Shown here: in pieces, positions 13,605-27,792 of the stretch
Position numbering within the stretch: the first letter of the stretch is position 1
Layout of the letters: every line of letters begins with the position of its first letter
Source of the DNA: the human T2T-CHM13v2.0 reference genome, Homo sapiens
DNA length: 64,000 nt
Assembly: GCF_009914755.1 (NCBI RefSeq)
Contig: NC_060927.1
Strand: one strand, 5' to 3'
Position numbers and translations under genes: made by a program
The notes under the pieces: model-generated
Told to the model about the DNA's origin: nothing
The model's database searches: none
Seen by the model: only the letters and a program-made list of their open reading frames with translations

Positions 13605-15434
13605 GGGGTTAATCAAAACATCCTCAGGTTTACAACTTGCTAGATAAGAAGGACTAAGTTCAAAATTGGCCTTTCGAATTTCAGAAGGTACATTTAACTG
13701 TTTGTGTATTACTGTCTGGCTAAAGATGAACCTCGGCCACCAATCAGGGTTTTGTCAAGATGGAAATTTCCTCAATCATGGTACAGTTGTGTGTCTCATT
13801 TCCTCTGGAAAGGCTTTTTCTTTGGCTTGACTACTGCAGCTCACACTTTTGATTTGACTCTGTCTTTCTTTTCAAGATTGAATGCAAGAAACACATTTTT
13901 GGAAAGATATCTTGGAACCTCTTACCATGTAACAAAGATGCCTGTCCTTTCTAATTTTTACTTTGCACTTATCTGACCTTACAACTAGACTGTGAACTCT
14001 TGGAATCACGGCACTATTTTATACAATTTTGTATCTCTTACGTCTAAACCAATGTTTAGATAATCTTAGACATTAAATACACTTTGAATGAATGAAAAAC
14101 AGTGTGAGGTATGCAAAATATTTTTTAAAACATGGGGCTTAGTTTTCACAACCAGCTGGCTACTCTCTTCTTTAAAATAAATCATTTTGGAAGACATCAT
14201 CATACAGGCATTTATCACTTACTGGCTCTGTTTACCAAGCAGGACACTGATTGCCTGAAAGAATGAACCTAAGACCCAGAGTTGCCAGTGGAAGTCTTCT
14301 AGGCACTAGGAGAACCCAAGTTAGCTTTGTTATTAATAACAACAGCAACTATGGGAATGAGCATAAAGGAAATTATATAATACTGTCCATTATTTTATAT
14401 TGTTAAAAATAAGCAGAAGACAAAATCCATCTAGGTATTTATTGACACTTGCTCTAAAGAATTCAGATATTCAAGTAAATATGTTCAGCAATTTTGTGTA
14501 TTGGCTAAACGTTCTAATGACAGATAGCATGTGAATGGGTTTGATACACATTCTTATTTCAAGCTGTAACTGTTCTTATAGAAATTTTTCATCTGTGTTG
14601 AGAAACTATAAAAGTGAAAAGATAGCATTCAGTTTCAGAGTTTGTGATGCACAAATATTTCTCTGGAGTCTCTTTAACCAACTTTTCTTATATATAGATT
14701 ATTTTGTCTAAAACAAATTAAAAACACAAAGACTATATTCATTGGAAATCCTGCTTTTATGTGCAATGAAAAATATGTTAGACATTAATGAGCTGGCTGG
14801 AGCAGCCTCATATTTATTTTTAATCTAATGGGTTATATTTGTGTGGACATAACCTATGCAAAAAATCAGATATTTAAGTGCTAAAATTGTGGCTATATTG
14901 AATTCTAAGGTTATTAAAGATGAATACTTCACGATCAAATATGAGAGTTAGTTTACCAAAATATAAAAAGAGCTAATGACAGCATCTTCTTTCTTGATGT
15001 ACTTTGGACATGTATTTATAATATGAATTACATATAATATGAATATATGTCTCATAAATGATTATGTCAAATTTATAAAGATTTGAAAAATAAAATTGTT
15101 AGAGCATAAGGAGAAAGCATAATTTGTAAGTGTCTGCATCTAGTTGTGGTTTTTACTAATTTCTCATATTATCTAATATTACACCAATGACAATCAGAAG
15201 TCATCTGACCTAAATTTTTAATATCTGATACTTATAATCTACCTTAGAATATGTGGAGGTCACTTCTGGATAGTCATATCTACCCACTGAGTTAAATTGA
15301 GGAATCCTTTGTTTTTCTGCTTACATAACGAATTATCTTAGCAATTCTAGAGAAAAGTTTATGTATTTGAAATTAGGAAGTGGTCAAGCCCTTATTATAG
15401 AATTTTTATTACTTATAATATTTTACAAATGTTA

Positions 15435-15724
<290 letters not shown>

Positions 15725-16379
15725 ACATATATATACACACACATTATGGACCACATATGCTCAAAAGGCCACTCAAAAAGCAGAGTATCGAATCTAGAAT
15801 AAGGGGGTTTGTGCGTCTTTATCGATCATAATCATAATTATTTCACTAGCCTGGGAGATCAGGAATTAAATTTAGAAGCTTGGAAGTAAGCTTTGAGTCT
15901 TTTCCAAATATCCCCATGAACATAGGTTTGTGGAATGAAAATATTATTCTTCTTCCTGAAAAGAATTCCCCAGCCATTAATTAGTCCCAGTGATGTTTCT
16001 CTTTGAGAAAAAATTATCTCAGTCATTTATAACCAAAAACAATACCCAGAGAGAAATTCAATAACAGTATACATTAAATCAGTGATTCCCTAGTCACAAA
16101 TAAATAATTCTGGTTCCGTATCTAGAAAGTGAAACCATTGCCCAGAACATTTCACCTCCCATTGTCCATTTGCGGTCTGCATCCTGCCAAAGTTACAGGA
16201 TTTGGGTGTGAGAATTTTTAGAATCCAAAGAGGTATTTACATATTCTGTAGCTCATTGTAGCAGAACATTTTTCTATCTCTCTAAAGATTATGTACACAA
16301 TCTTTAAGAGCATTTTGGAAAGAGCAGGGACCTCAAGCTCACATGTATTTTTCATTACCTTCCAGCTGCTAGTTCTTAG

Positions 16380-17100
16380 ATTGTCAGAATTGGGATAATA
16401 ACCCGAAGACTATCACTTTGTGTTTTACTAAAAGGGAAGATTGGGTTGCCACCATAATCCCTAATTGAGGCCGAATTAGAATAAACGGCTGTTAAGCTCT
16501 CCAGCATAATTGTGAATGGTGTGTGTTTGACATTCTCTAAGATATAAATTAGAATAAAAAGAACATTTTCAGAGTCATGGAGTAGCTTTGCATTAATGAT
16601 GGCCTCCCTCGCACTGCTGACAGTCTGCATTATTCATAGTGTCATTATCAGGACTATTCAGTGCTGAATGATTTGTTCGCCCAGAAATTGTATGACCTGA
16701 CCAGATAAGTAATATCTGTAGTTTGTATTTATCCTTATGACTGCTTACTTGGGTATGGCTTCTTTTATCTCTGTTGTGAGCTTACTTACTGCTGCTCAGC
16801 GGGATGTACCATCAGTGACAGAAGCTTTATTCATTTACAGATCCACAGTGCGGCATCACAGTATTAAATCCTGCAAATGTGGGGAAAACTCAAAGGCTTT
16901 AATCATCGGACTGGCAATTGTCATTGTACTGCTGCCATATGTCAGCGCTGAAGTTAAGTTTCATGTCTGTGCGCTGTAAGGAAGGCATGTGGCCATGTGT
17001 TGCCTGCTTGTTTGTTTAAGATAGAGTCTTCCCCGCCACTGGAATAACTTTGCCATTCAAATCCCTTTCATCTGCACAGAATGAACTAACCAGAGTCCTA
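16380..17100. promoter_or_regulatory. Candidate conserved non-coding element (enhancer-like)
   Basis: No repeat recognised. Several CpGs are retained, with dense TAAT, TAATCC and TGACAG motifs. Conservation is inferred, not measured. Confidence 0.5.
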
Positions 17101-18599
17101 CAATGAAATGTGAATGTGTCCTTTCAGAACTGATTGGTCCATTTCATAACTCCTTTCTTATTCTAATTAAACCAGCTCAGGAGAGAACTGTGTTTTAGCA
17201 TCTTGGGCTTCGGAATGACAGGGAATGGCAGGAAAGAATCAGAGGATGTAGAAAGCTCTCTGCTGTGAAAGCAAGGTTTCAAGGTCTAGAGGATTTTTCC
17301 TCCCAGCAAAGAGATCATCTTTTGAAATCGTCGCCATCCGTTCCCCTCTACACACACCAATTTCGGTTTTATAACACCCCTTGCTGTGCATCTCTTGGCA
17401 GGAAAGTTGCCCATCTTGCAGAGTCTTGCATGAATAATTCATTTATATGTCATGCTGACTCTTGAAAGCCTGGATTACAGCTTTGGAGGAAATGCTTAAT
17501 AGGATTCTTCCAAACAATCCAAAATATAGCTCAGAGTTCTATGAGTTCTATCTCTTAGAAAGCCTCGGTGCAATAAAAGAATTAATGTGCTGGAAGCCCA
17601 AACACACTCGAGGCCATTCAACCTGCGTTGAGCTAAAGTGTAACCTAATAATGAAGGTTAGTATTTTAGATTAGGGTTTCTGTTTCTCAGAGACAGGATT
17701 CTTAAGTACAGGCCTTGAGTTCAATACACTGGCACAATTACTTTTTGTTAGATCTTGAGGTTTTGGATTTTTTTTTTTTTAACATCAAAGGACCTTGGAG
17801 AACCAGGCAGACAAGCAGCTGAGAGAAGTATTGAGTTAGATGAGGGCAAACAAACTCTGCATATATCAGGTCGCATGATCGCCTGCCGTTACTCAATGAT
17901 GCTGTTCTTTAAACAGTGGTCCTGCTATCAGTCAAGCTGGAAAATTTAAAGATCTTCTGTAGACTCAGTATCTCACCTCTTTTAGTCCCTGTCTCAGTAA
18001 TTTTATTGTATCTACTCACCTTTACTTCCTCTTCCGTTTTCCACAAAGCCTTTTTTGTCCTCCCTTCAACACTTGCCTGTAACAAAGTCTTTAAAATATA
18101 TTTACATTACCCATTTAAGGATCGATTGCCTAAATTCTAACCCACTTTCACTCTCCCAGGATGGTTTGCGTCTTAAGCCAAGAAGAAAGTCATAGATTAA
18201 AAGAGTCTATTGATTCTACTGAGGCTTATTCTTTGCTTGTTTAATAACTTTGAAAATGACAAAAATAATGTGCTTGTTGTACATAACAAAATAGTTAAAC
18301 TAAAAGAAAGAAAATTTTAAAAATAATAATAACCAATAACAACTTGACATTGTGGCATATTAATCCATATTCATGTTTATATCTAGATGTGGATCCATCT
18401 GTATGTCTATAGATTCATATATCCATGTATGTAACTTTACAAAGGTAGGACAATCTATAGCAGAATTTTAAATAGCAGTTGAATTCCAGCAGAGGATCTA
18501 TTCCTTTGGTTTGCTCTATCTAGGTTGCTGGGTTTTAAACTTTTTCAGAGTCTTTTGCATTAGTGGAAGGAATTTGGATTGGATATCTTCCTTTTTTGC

Positions 18600-19551
18600 C
18601 CTCGAGATCTATAATTACCTTTTAAAATTCCGCTCTGTGCCTTGTGAGGCTAACTTTTTAGGGTTGTATCTGTGGGCTTTCTTACCCTCTGGCCCCCGAT
18701 TGAGTTCAGCCAATGAGAGAATCAACAGGAGCCCATCAGGAAGGTAGAGTGAGATTAGGGTATTTATTCACCCAGTTTCCTTTCTTGGGAAAGGGAGTTA
18801 ATAGCACACAACTCTTTCTCCTGCTGAGTTTTAGTAGCCAACCCCTCCCCTCTCTACTTCAGGCCTGGGGTAGTAACTTCTTATTTTAGTTATTATTGCT
18901 GCAAAGCAAACTATCCCAAAACTTAGTAACTTACAACTACAATTGTTTATTTGCCACAGAACTGGCAATTTTTGCTTGGTCAGGAAGGTTTATTTTTGCT
19001 TTTCACTGCTTCAGCTGGAGTGGATTAACTTGGGGATATAAGATCTATTTCCAGGAAGGTTCCCTCACATGCTGGCAAGTTAGTGCTGACTGTTGGCTTG
19101 GAGTTCAACTTGGACTGAGGACCAGGGGCTTAGGTTCTTCTTCACATGAGCTTCTCTAAAGCTTCTTGGACTTCCTCACAGTACAGTGTCTAGGTTCCAA
19201 CAACAATCTTCCGAAAGAAAACCAGGCGTATACACTGCATCACTTTTATGATACAACCATGGATCATTCTGCATCATTTTCTACTGTAATCACAAATGCT
19301 CATAGATTCAAAGGAATGAAATAGAGACATCACCTTTCAATGGCAGAATACCAAGTGAAACTGAAAAGAGCATGTGGGATGAGAAATATTAGAAATAAGG
19401 CAATTTATCTGATGGTTTCTTACTTATTAGCCACAGAGTACTGTACTACCTTTGGGTAGTTTACTTTTGTAAACAATCTCTGTATTCAATTATACTCAAA
19501 CTACCAAATATGAGTATGCCATATTTTTTTGCTGGGACCCTGCTTAATACA
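18600..19551 (+). mobile_element. LTR33-like ERVL solo LTR, split by an MLT1 insertion
   Basis: CCCTCTGGCCCCCGATTGAGTTCAGCCAATGAGAG...AGGGTATTTATTC; the 3' end GCTGGGACCCTGCTTAATACA resumes after ~19430. Confidence 0.65.
18880..19420 (-). mobile_element. MLT1-family MaLR LTR
   Basis: TTAGTTATTATTGCTGCAAAGCAAACTATCCCAAAACTTAGTAACTTACAAC start; CCAGGAAGGTTCCCTCACATGCTGGCAAG. Confidence 0.7.
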
Positions 19552-22104
19552 AAATTGAGAGTAAATAATAGCAGGGAAGGTAAAGGAGGAGGGTGCCATT
19601 TAGCAAGGTGTCAGGAACTAGCCTAAATATCTACTACAGCACCATCTTTATCTTTAATACAAATATTTTGATATCACATAAGTTTTCATTGGAAGAAAGT
19701 CTCTTTCTGTTAAAAGAATATTTTAAAATACCACTGTTTATGTCCTTGAGCATCATGATATCAGTTTTAAAAGTTGTTTCCTGCCTACTGTACTAACTCC
19801 TAATCAAAACTCTTACAAGTCTGTGCTTCTTGCCAGGGAAATTCATTTTTTCTTCTTGGTTAATTACAAGATATGTACAAAGAACATACAATGTTCAGTG
19901 CACCTTCAGATGTGTTAACGAAACATTATCAACACTAGATCATCTGACTCATCCATATTGACAGTCAAGGTATCATTAACCTCAAACTTGAATGATCTAT
20001 TCAAACAGTGGCTTCATGCAAAAATAGTTTTTAAAAAATATTTCTATAAGTTTTTTTCTTCCCTTTCTCTACTGCACATCTCTTCTCAGATGAAGCCCTT
20101 TAGGTACTTATTGAACCTACAGAAGGAAATAAGATGGCAGGAGTTAGTATATATTCTATTTGTCAGTACAAGTGAAATAGAATGGGGCTATGTACTTTTC
20201 AGAGGATGGAACTGAATTCCCTTGGAAAATAAAAAGAGAAAATTTCAGTATTTTGGCTAGAGGAATATAAGTTAAAGATAATACCTCTTTTCTACTTTCC
20301 TTGTGACCTGTAGGAGGTTTTCCCTATGTGAAACTGAAAGTGGTAGAATTGGTAAAGATACTGTAGCAGAAATAAATGAAGAGATGCAGGAATAAGTCAC
20401 CGAAAAATTTAAACCTCAAGTAATGGTGCGTGCCTTTGTCTAACTATTTTAAATCAGACTCTTGAAAAAGAGTCATAATAAATTATAATAAAGAAGAACA
20501 ATCTACATAATACTCCCATTTTACAGAAACAATTTTATCACAACTATAAATATTCTGGCTTGAAATATCTGGTACTTTCCCCACATTGTCCCTTGTGATG
20601 TTAGAGCTGCCCCTTAGGTCATTAGATCAGTCAGGGACCAAGCAAAAGACAGAAATCACACACAGTTTTATTAACAGAGAATGTCCTATGAAAAATTGTA
20701 AACTACGTGTAAAGTTGTTAACTTGGCAATCGAAAAGGCAAAAGGGGAAACTAAGGTATCATAGATGACAAATGTGAGAAGCAACGGACACTCCTAGGGC
20801 TGGGGAAACAGAGGGAATAGGTTGGAATTTTCAGAACCTTGAAGCTTGGAAGAGGAGGCCTATAGAACGAACAGACAAAGTTCTGAGCCAGGACTCTGCT
20901 TAGCTGGCCTAGTGTCTCAGCTCACCAGAGGAGCCTGCCAAGGTCTGGATATAGACTTCTGACAGGGGGATCCTAAACAGCTGGTGCTAATATTTCCAAG
21001 AAGGACATTACGAGGTTCGTTCTGCAGGCACTGAGACACCTGTACAACAGCAACACAGCTGCTTTGAGGGTGAATATAGTAATGTAGGTTAGTACCTCAT
21101 AGATACATTTTTAATAAATATTCAGTACAAACTTTATATGTATTTTTTATCATCTGTTATCTATCTGTCTACCAACCTATCTATTAACCTATCTTCCTAC
21201 CTATATAATCAATTTGTCCCATTTTCGTGATGCTGACCGGTAAATAGTTCAGGAGTTTCTGCTGTGCTTTTTCTTTAGGTTCCGCTCCTAGTGATTGCTA
21301 TAATAGGAAACATTATGAGTTTTGACTCATTTGGCAAGCTTGCAGTTTCTTCCATAAACAGCCTTTTTATTCTGCCTAAACTCAAGCAGATGCAAAGGAG
21401 ATGGAAAAGCTGCATGTATTGATCATCTATGGTGTACTAGCCAACTGAGCTCGGTGCTTTTCAAAAATTATCTCATATGGTTCTTGCCATAATCCAATTA
21501 TGCAGATATTTTTGTTCTCACTTCTCATTTTACTAGTGAGAAAACTGAAGTTATAAAACGTATCAGAAGATACACATAAAACATATGAAGTGGGCAGGAT
21601 TTGAAGCTAGAACTACCTCCTTCAAAAAGATTTAAATCCTCCTGCCCCCACCAACTTTGAAACCACTGCTAGCCCATATGGTGTCTTGTGCTAATTTTTA
21701 AAAAAATGTGCTTACTAATTTAAAAAAAAATGCCTTCTCCAAGGCTGACAAAACCCCATGGGTACACAACCTGGCAAGAGGATTAAATGTTTGTGTGTTA
21801 GAAAAAGGCATTTCTGCTTCTGGGTAGATGCAACTCTGAGTCAGGTCACACAGCTTGGAGACCAGAGCGGGGGTTTGATTTGCATCTTCTTTCACATCCT
21901 GGGTCGGGCACCCTTGTGAACAGCACAGTCTATACAACTGAATACCATGGTCTTTTTCAACATCACTTTCGTCAAAATATTGTTCCTGTTTAAGATCTCT
22001 CTTTCATTCAGATTTCAGCATTAAGAGGACAACATGCCTTTTTGCCCTAAAATGCTTTGTTGTTCTCACTTCACTTTTATATAATAATGCTAATTATGTA
22101 GTAA

Positions 22105-22900
<796 letters not shown>

Positions 22901-25479
22901 AAATATAGTTAAGACTATGGTCTCATTATATGTGCCAACATCCTGAGGAGATAAAATGGCTGATACTCAGGTGATCCTCAGTGGTACAACTGTTGGCTGG
23001 CATTTATTTTGGTCAAATGAGTGTTTTTCCTGATTTTTCTATGCTCATGCCCAATCAGTTGTTAAATATTTTAATAATTATTCCTGGAGATAGATATGGT
23101 TGTTATCATCAGCTTGCAGACGTTGAATGTGAGGTTTCTAGACTTCAATTTCCTCCACAAATAAATGCTAGAACCGACCTTGGAACCCCCAATCTTTTAA
23201 TTACTATGTTATTACCTTCTTTAGTATATTCAATTTTAACTTCAATTCATCACTTCTAGAAGTAAGCTGGCACCACACTAATACCAAACATGTTTCTACA
23301 TGAATAAATTTCCATAACATATTAAATATAAAAGCCTCTTTTAAAGCTAGCTTGATGTTAAAAATCAAAGGAAGAGATTTTATCATTAGGCAGGTCAGAG
23401 ACTCATTTCACCCTGTGTTCAAAGAGCAGAGCCCATGTCTCAGATAAAGAGCTTATCTAATTTTGAGGAAGACATTCTATATTACTGTTTTCTTTCTAGC
23501 TAATATAACATTTGGATTTGAGTTTTAAGGGGATAACCCTCTCCCCAAATATTTAAGCATGTCAGTTCCATAGGAGTGCATTTAGGGAGACCAAGTGGGA
23601 GATCCTATTATTTGCATACTCCGCCAACAACAGAAAGACTGAGTTCTGTAATTATGAAAATTATCGGTTAAAACCGGTTGACAGGAAAAAATGACAACTT
23701 GGCTGATTTTTTAAAATTTTTAAATAGATACTGGGCATGTTATATAAGTGCTGCCTGAAGGCTGGGTTTGGGTGTTTTATCAAAAAGTAGCAAATAATAA
23801 CAAATGTACTTTGTGAAAAAATAATTAGTGGATGTGATTATTTTATTTTCGAAATATAAATTTATGCATAAGAAGAATAAATGCAAGGTATTAGTAGCAA
23901 CCAATTTACTTCTTATACAATCCTTATTTCAGGCAACATTTATAAAGGCCAACTGAAATTGAAGCTAAGGCAAATGCCCAGATATAAGCTCAGGCCAAAA
24001 TCCCCAAATTTGCAGTTATCAATATATCCTCAATATATCAATGGCTCCTTGGCTACAGGGTAATGTAAACTAAGACAAAATAAATCTGGTTTGCACAAGC
24101 TTTGGATATTTTATTAGCCATGTGGCATCTTCCAACCTATGGAAATTAAGCTATGGCCAAGGCCAAGTCTGGCTAAAAAAAAAAAACAGGCAATCACACA
24201 ATTTTAACAAGCTCACATGTTTTAACATAACCTCAAATCTATTTTCATTTTTTTCCATTTCCTGCCAAATAACAGCTCCCATACTGAAATGCAGGGACTG
24301 AAGCCTTCTTTTTTTCCCCCCACTGGAGAAATCTTATCTAACTCTATTAGGCCATAAATAAACACTAAGACCCATGCTAAACCTCAAAAATCCTAAACAA
24401 ATATGCAATATATTCTTCATATGCTCACCTATTTCATTCTTATAATGGCTTTCCCTGGATCCATCGTCCAGATGCTTACTTTGTGACAAAAGTATTTTGA
24501 TTCAATTATCTGTGAAGGGAAATATCAAAGAAAAACCATCATAAAGATGTCTGGCCTCTTAAAACTATGTTGCCTTTAGGAGCTCATGTTAGAAGCGTAA
24601 GAGCTGAAGTTTTCTGTCTGAATTCAATTTCAATTAGATTTTAATATCAGACCTCCCTCTGATTATTAATATTCTACCACCCAATTTTCAAAAATGTAAT
24701 TTGTCATGCAATAACCTTGCTGGCTCTGTATTTCCATCATCACATTTGCCCTCACTCCACATTCTATATGGTCTGTGTGAATAAGCTCTTAATCAAAATT
24801 TTATTCCATTCTTGAGAGTGTAACTTTCCCAAACTAAGTTTGTAAAAGTGAAATCTTTTTCACTCAAGCTTTGTAAATTACAATCTTCTTAACATCAATG
24901 GTTTAATGTGTTCTGAGAATGAGGAAAAAATAGGGAGGGAAGTTTGCGTGTTTTAATAATTCTCCCTTTGCTTCTTCTAATGAAGATTAAAGTTTATATG
25001 AAATTTAATGAGACATTTGTCTATCAGAGGTAAAATCTATGCAGTATCTCCTGGACAACACATAAAATGGGCCTCTTTAAAGGAAAAAAGGAGTTCTTCA
25101 TATTTAAAGTATCATATAATAGTAAGAAAAAAATAAATCTACAAATCACTGATGGAATAGCTATGGTATGGTATGTTACCACTTCATAAATTTTGACTAT
25201 CCTTAAAGCAGTTGAATTAACCCAGTCTAAATGCAAATAGGTTTTATTTATTTATTTATTTACTTATTCATGCATTTATTTATTTAAGGCCAACTTCAGT
25301 TTCTAGTAGACACTAATAATGCTGTAATGAGGATTGTGAGACTATGTGAAGTCATTGGGGAAGATTATCATGATCAATTAATGATGTCTGTCATGAGTTT
25401 GCCAAAGGGAAGTTGTAGGTTATACATATATGCAAGATATTTTGCATCCCTGGTCTATGTGAAGTAGAACAAGACTGAT

Positions 25480-25860
25480 GGTATTAGTCCATTCTTCACT
25501 GCAATAAAGACATACCTGAGACTGGGTAATTTATGGAGAAAAGACGTTTAATTGGCTCACAGTTCCACATGCTGTACAGGAAGCATGGCTGGGGAGGCCT
25601 CAGGAAAATTACAATCATGGCAGAAGGCAAAGGGGAAACAGGAGTGTTTTACATGGCTGGAGCAGGAGGAAGAGAGTGAAGGGGGAAGTGTTACACACTT
25701 TTAAACAACCACATCACTTGAGAACTCACTCACTACCATGAGAATAGCAAGGGAAAAATCTGCCCCCATTATCCAATCACCTCTCAAGTCTCTCCCCCAA
25801 CATTGGGAATTACAATTCAACACAAAATTTGGGTGGGGACAGAGAGCTAAGCCACATCCC
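25480..25860 (-). mobile_element. MSTA-like MaLR solo LTR
   Basis: GTATTAGTCCATTC...GAGACTGGGTAATTTAT...GGCCTCAGGAAAATTACAATCATGGCAGAAGGC...TTGGGTGGGGACAG. Confidence 0.85.
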
Positions 25861-26079
25861 TGATAAAAGTTTTCTATTATTTACCTGTTATACTTTAGGA
25901 AAATTTTCCCGTACTTTTGGAATTAGAGCTTCAAGGGCTGAGGTTTGGGAATGCAAACTTTCAAAAATTTCGCCAATTGATTCTAACAAGGAGCCAAGCT
26001 TAGGAGCCATTGTTTTAAGGATCAGATTTATATCAAGCTTATTTTTTAATATTTAAAAAAGTCTTCTGGATACATAGAA

Positions 26080-26180
26080 GTTTTATATACTTACGGGGTA
26101 CATGAGATGTTTTAATGCAAGCGTGCAATGTGTAATAATCACATCATGGAGAATGAGGAATTCATCCCCTGAAGCATTTT
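26080..26180 (-). mobile_element. L1MA-type 3' end fragment
   Basis: GGGGTACATGAGATGTTTTAATGCAAGCGTGCAATGTGTAATAATCACATCATGGAGAATG. Confidence 0.7.
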
Positions 26181-26744
26181 CAAACATATTTTTCAGTTCA
26201 GAGCTAAGTGGTAAGCAATGAGTGAGTGTGTGCTTGCGTGTGGCAGGCAGGAGGGGGCAGTATAGGAAAGAAACAATCGAATTCTTGTGGAAAAAGGACT
26301 GCTTTATTTCTTTGCAATCGTTTTGCATGTGGGTTTTTATTATTACGGAGACCAACTTCAAAGGGGAATAAAAAATAGATATAGACTAGTCCAGGAGAAT
26401 AAGAAAGAAAAAGGAAGGAGAGTATAATATTCATGTAGGGTCATAGGTCTTTCTGTTTCTCTGAAATTTACATTACAGGGTTGCAATGGTTCACTTGCCT
26501 TAGGTACACATCAGTTAAGTCTCAGAGGAGGTAGAGAACTGGGGCAATTATTTGCAAATTCATTGACTTAGTTGATCATTGCTTCAAGTTTCTATTTCAA
26601 TCACACCATGGAGATTGAACTAGAATTAATTTCCTGGTTAAGTGACCCTAAGAAGTCATGCCCTGCTCTCTTCTAATTCCACACCATTTTACTGCAGATC
26701 ATGGCAGCTCATACATACAAAGATACATAAATGAATATCTAATC

Positions 26745-26866
26745 TTTTTAGAGACAGGGTCTCACTATGTTGCCCAGGGTGGACTTGAACTCCTGGCCTC
26801 AAGTGATCTTCTTGCTTCAGCTTCCCAAGTGCTGAGATTATAGGTGTGAGCCACCTGGGCCAGCCC
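26745..26866 (-). mobile_element. FLAM_C / Alu monomer
   Basis: AGAGACAGGGTCTCACTATGTTGCCCAGG...GTGAGCCACCTGGGCC; a single arm. Confidence 0.88.
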
Positions 26867-26883
26867 GAAATTTTTCACAAACA

Positions 26884-26896
26884 TGTTTGTGTATGT

Positions 26897-26933
<37 letters not shown>

Positions 26934-26960
26934 GGTGAATTGGTGTGGGTGTATGTATAT
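26884..26960. repeat. (TG)n microsatellite
   Basis: Seen directly. Confidence 0.95.
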
Positions 26961-27792
26961 ACTTATCTACTGAATTCTCTTCCCCGTCCCCCTTCTCCTT
27001 TTCCTCCTTTCCATCTCTCTCCCTCTTTCACACACATACACACAGACACACACACACGTGCCCTATGTAGCTATTTATGTGAAGGCATTCTAACAAAGGA
27101 AAAACTTTTCAAAAGTCCACAGAAATTAAAGCTTCTCAAGATGCATCACGATCTAACGAATAAAAATAACAATGTTTTGCAACATGCAAAATCACAACAT
27201 ATTGCAAAAGATAATTGAAATTCCTACATATGCCTAGGATATTAATATTTTTCCCTGCTTTTTTGTAATTAGATTGATGTGCGTAATTAAAAATCTGCTC
27301 CCCACATGTGCTTAAGAATGCCAGGTTTTTCCTGAGTCATATTGCCAACTCCAATACTAGGTTTGAATGTGTCTTCTATCCCGGTGGTATATACACGTGT
27401 GATATTTTAGCACCCCTGCAAGGTGCTGGTGTGCTGAGAATATCAGCACAGATGTTATAGGATGCTGTTATTCAGAAATAAATTATTCATTTCCTGGGCA
27501 CTTTCAGTTTTATGTTGACAATAGTAGCCATTACAATCCAATCTGATTTACATTCTCAGCATTTACCTTTCAAACTGATAGGCCTCTGAAACAATAAACG
27601 TTTTGGAAGTTTAGACATTATTTTCAGTCTGGTTTTCTAGATGCAGAAACTGAGATACGGATTTGAATGTACTTGATGTATCAGGGAGTGTGCTGAAGAG
27701 ATAAGGACTGAGGAAAGACAAGCAAGAGTTGGTCCACTTTGAGGCAAGGGGGTCAATATTTATACCCCCAAGGTATTAGTTTGATGGGGTTG

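Noticed and set aside
20615-21070. Possible ancient LTR fragment
   Set aside because: It looks LTR-like (CAGTCAGGGACCAAGCAAAAGACAGAAATCACAC), but I could not assign a family or boundaries.
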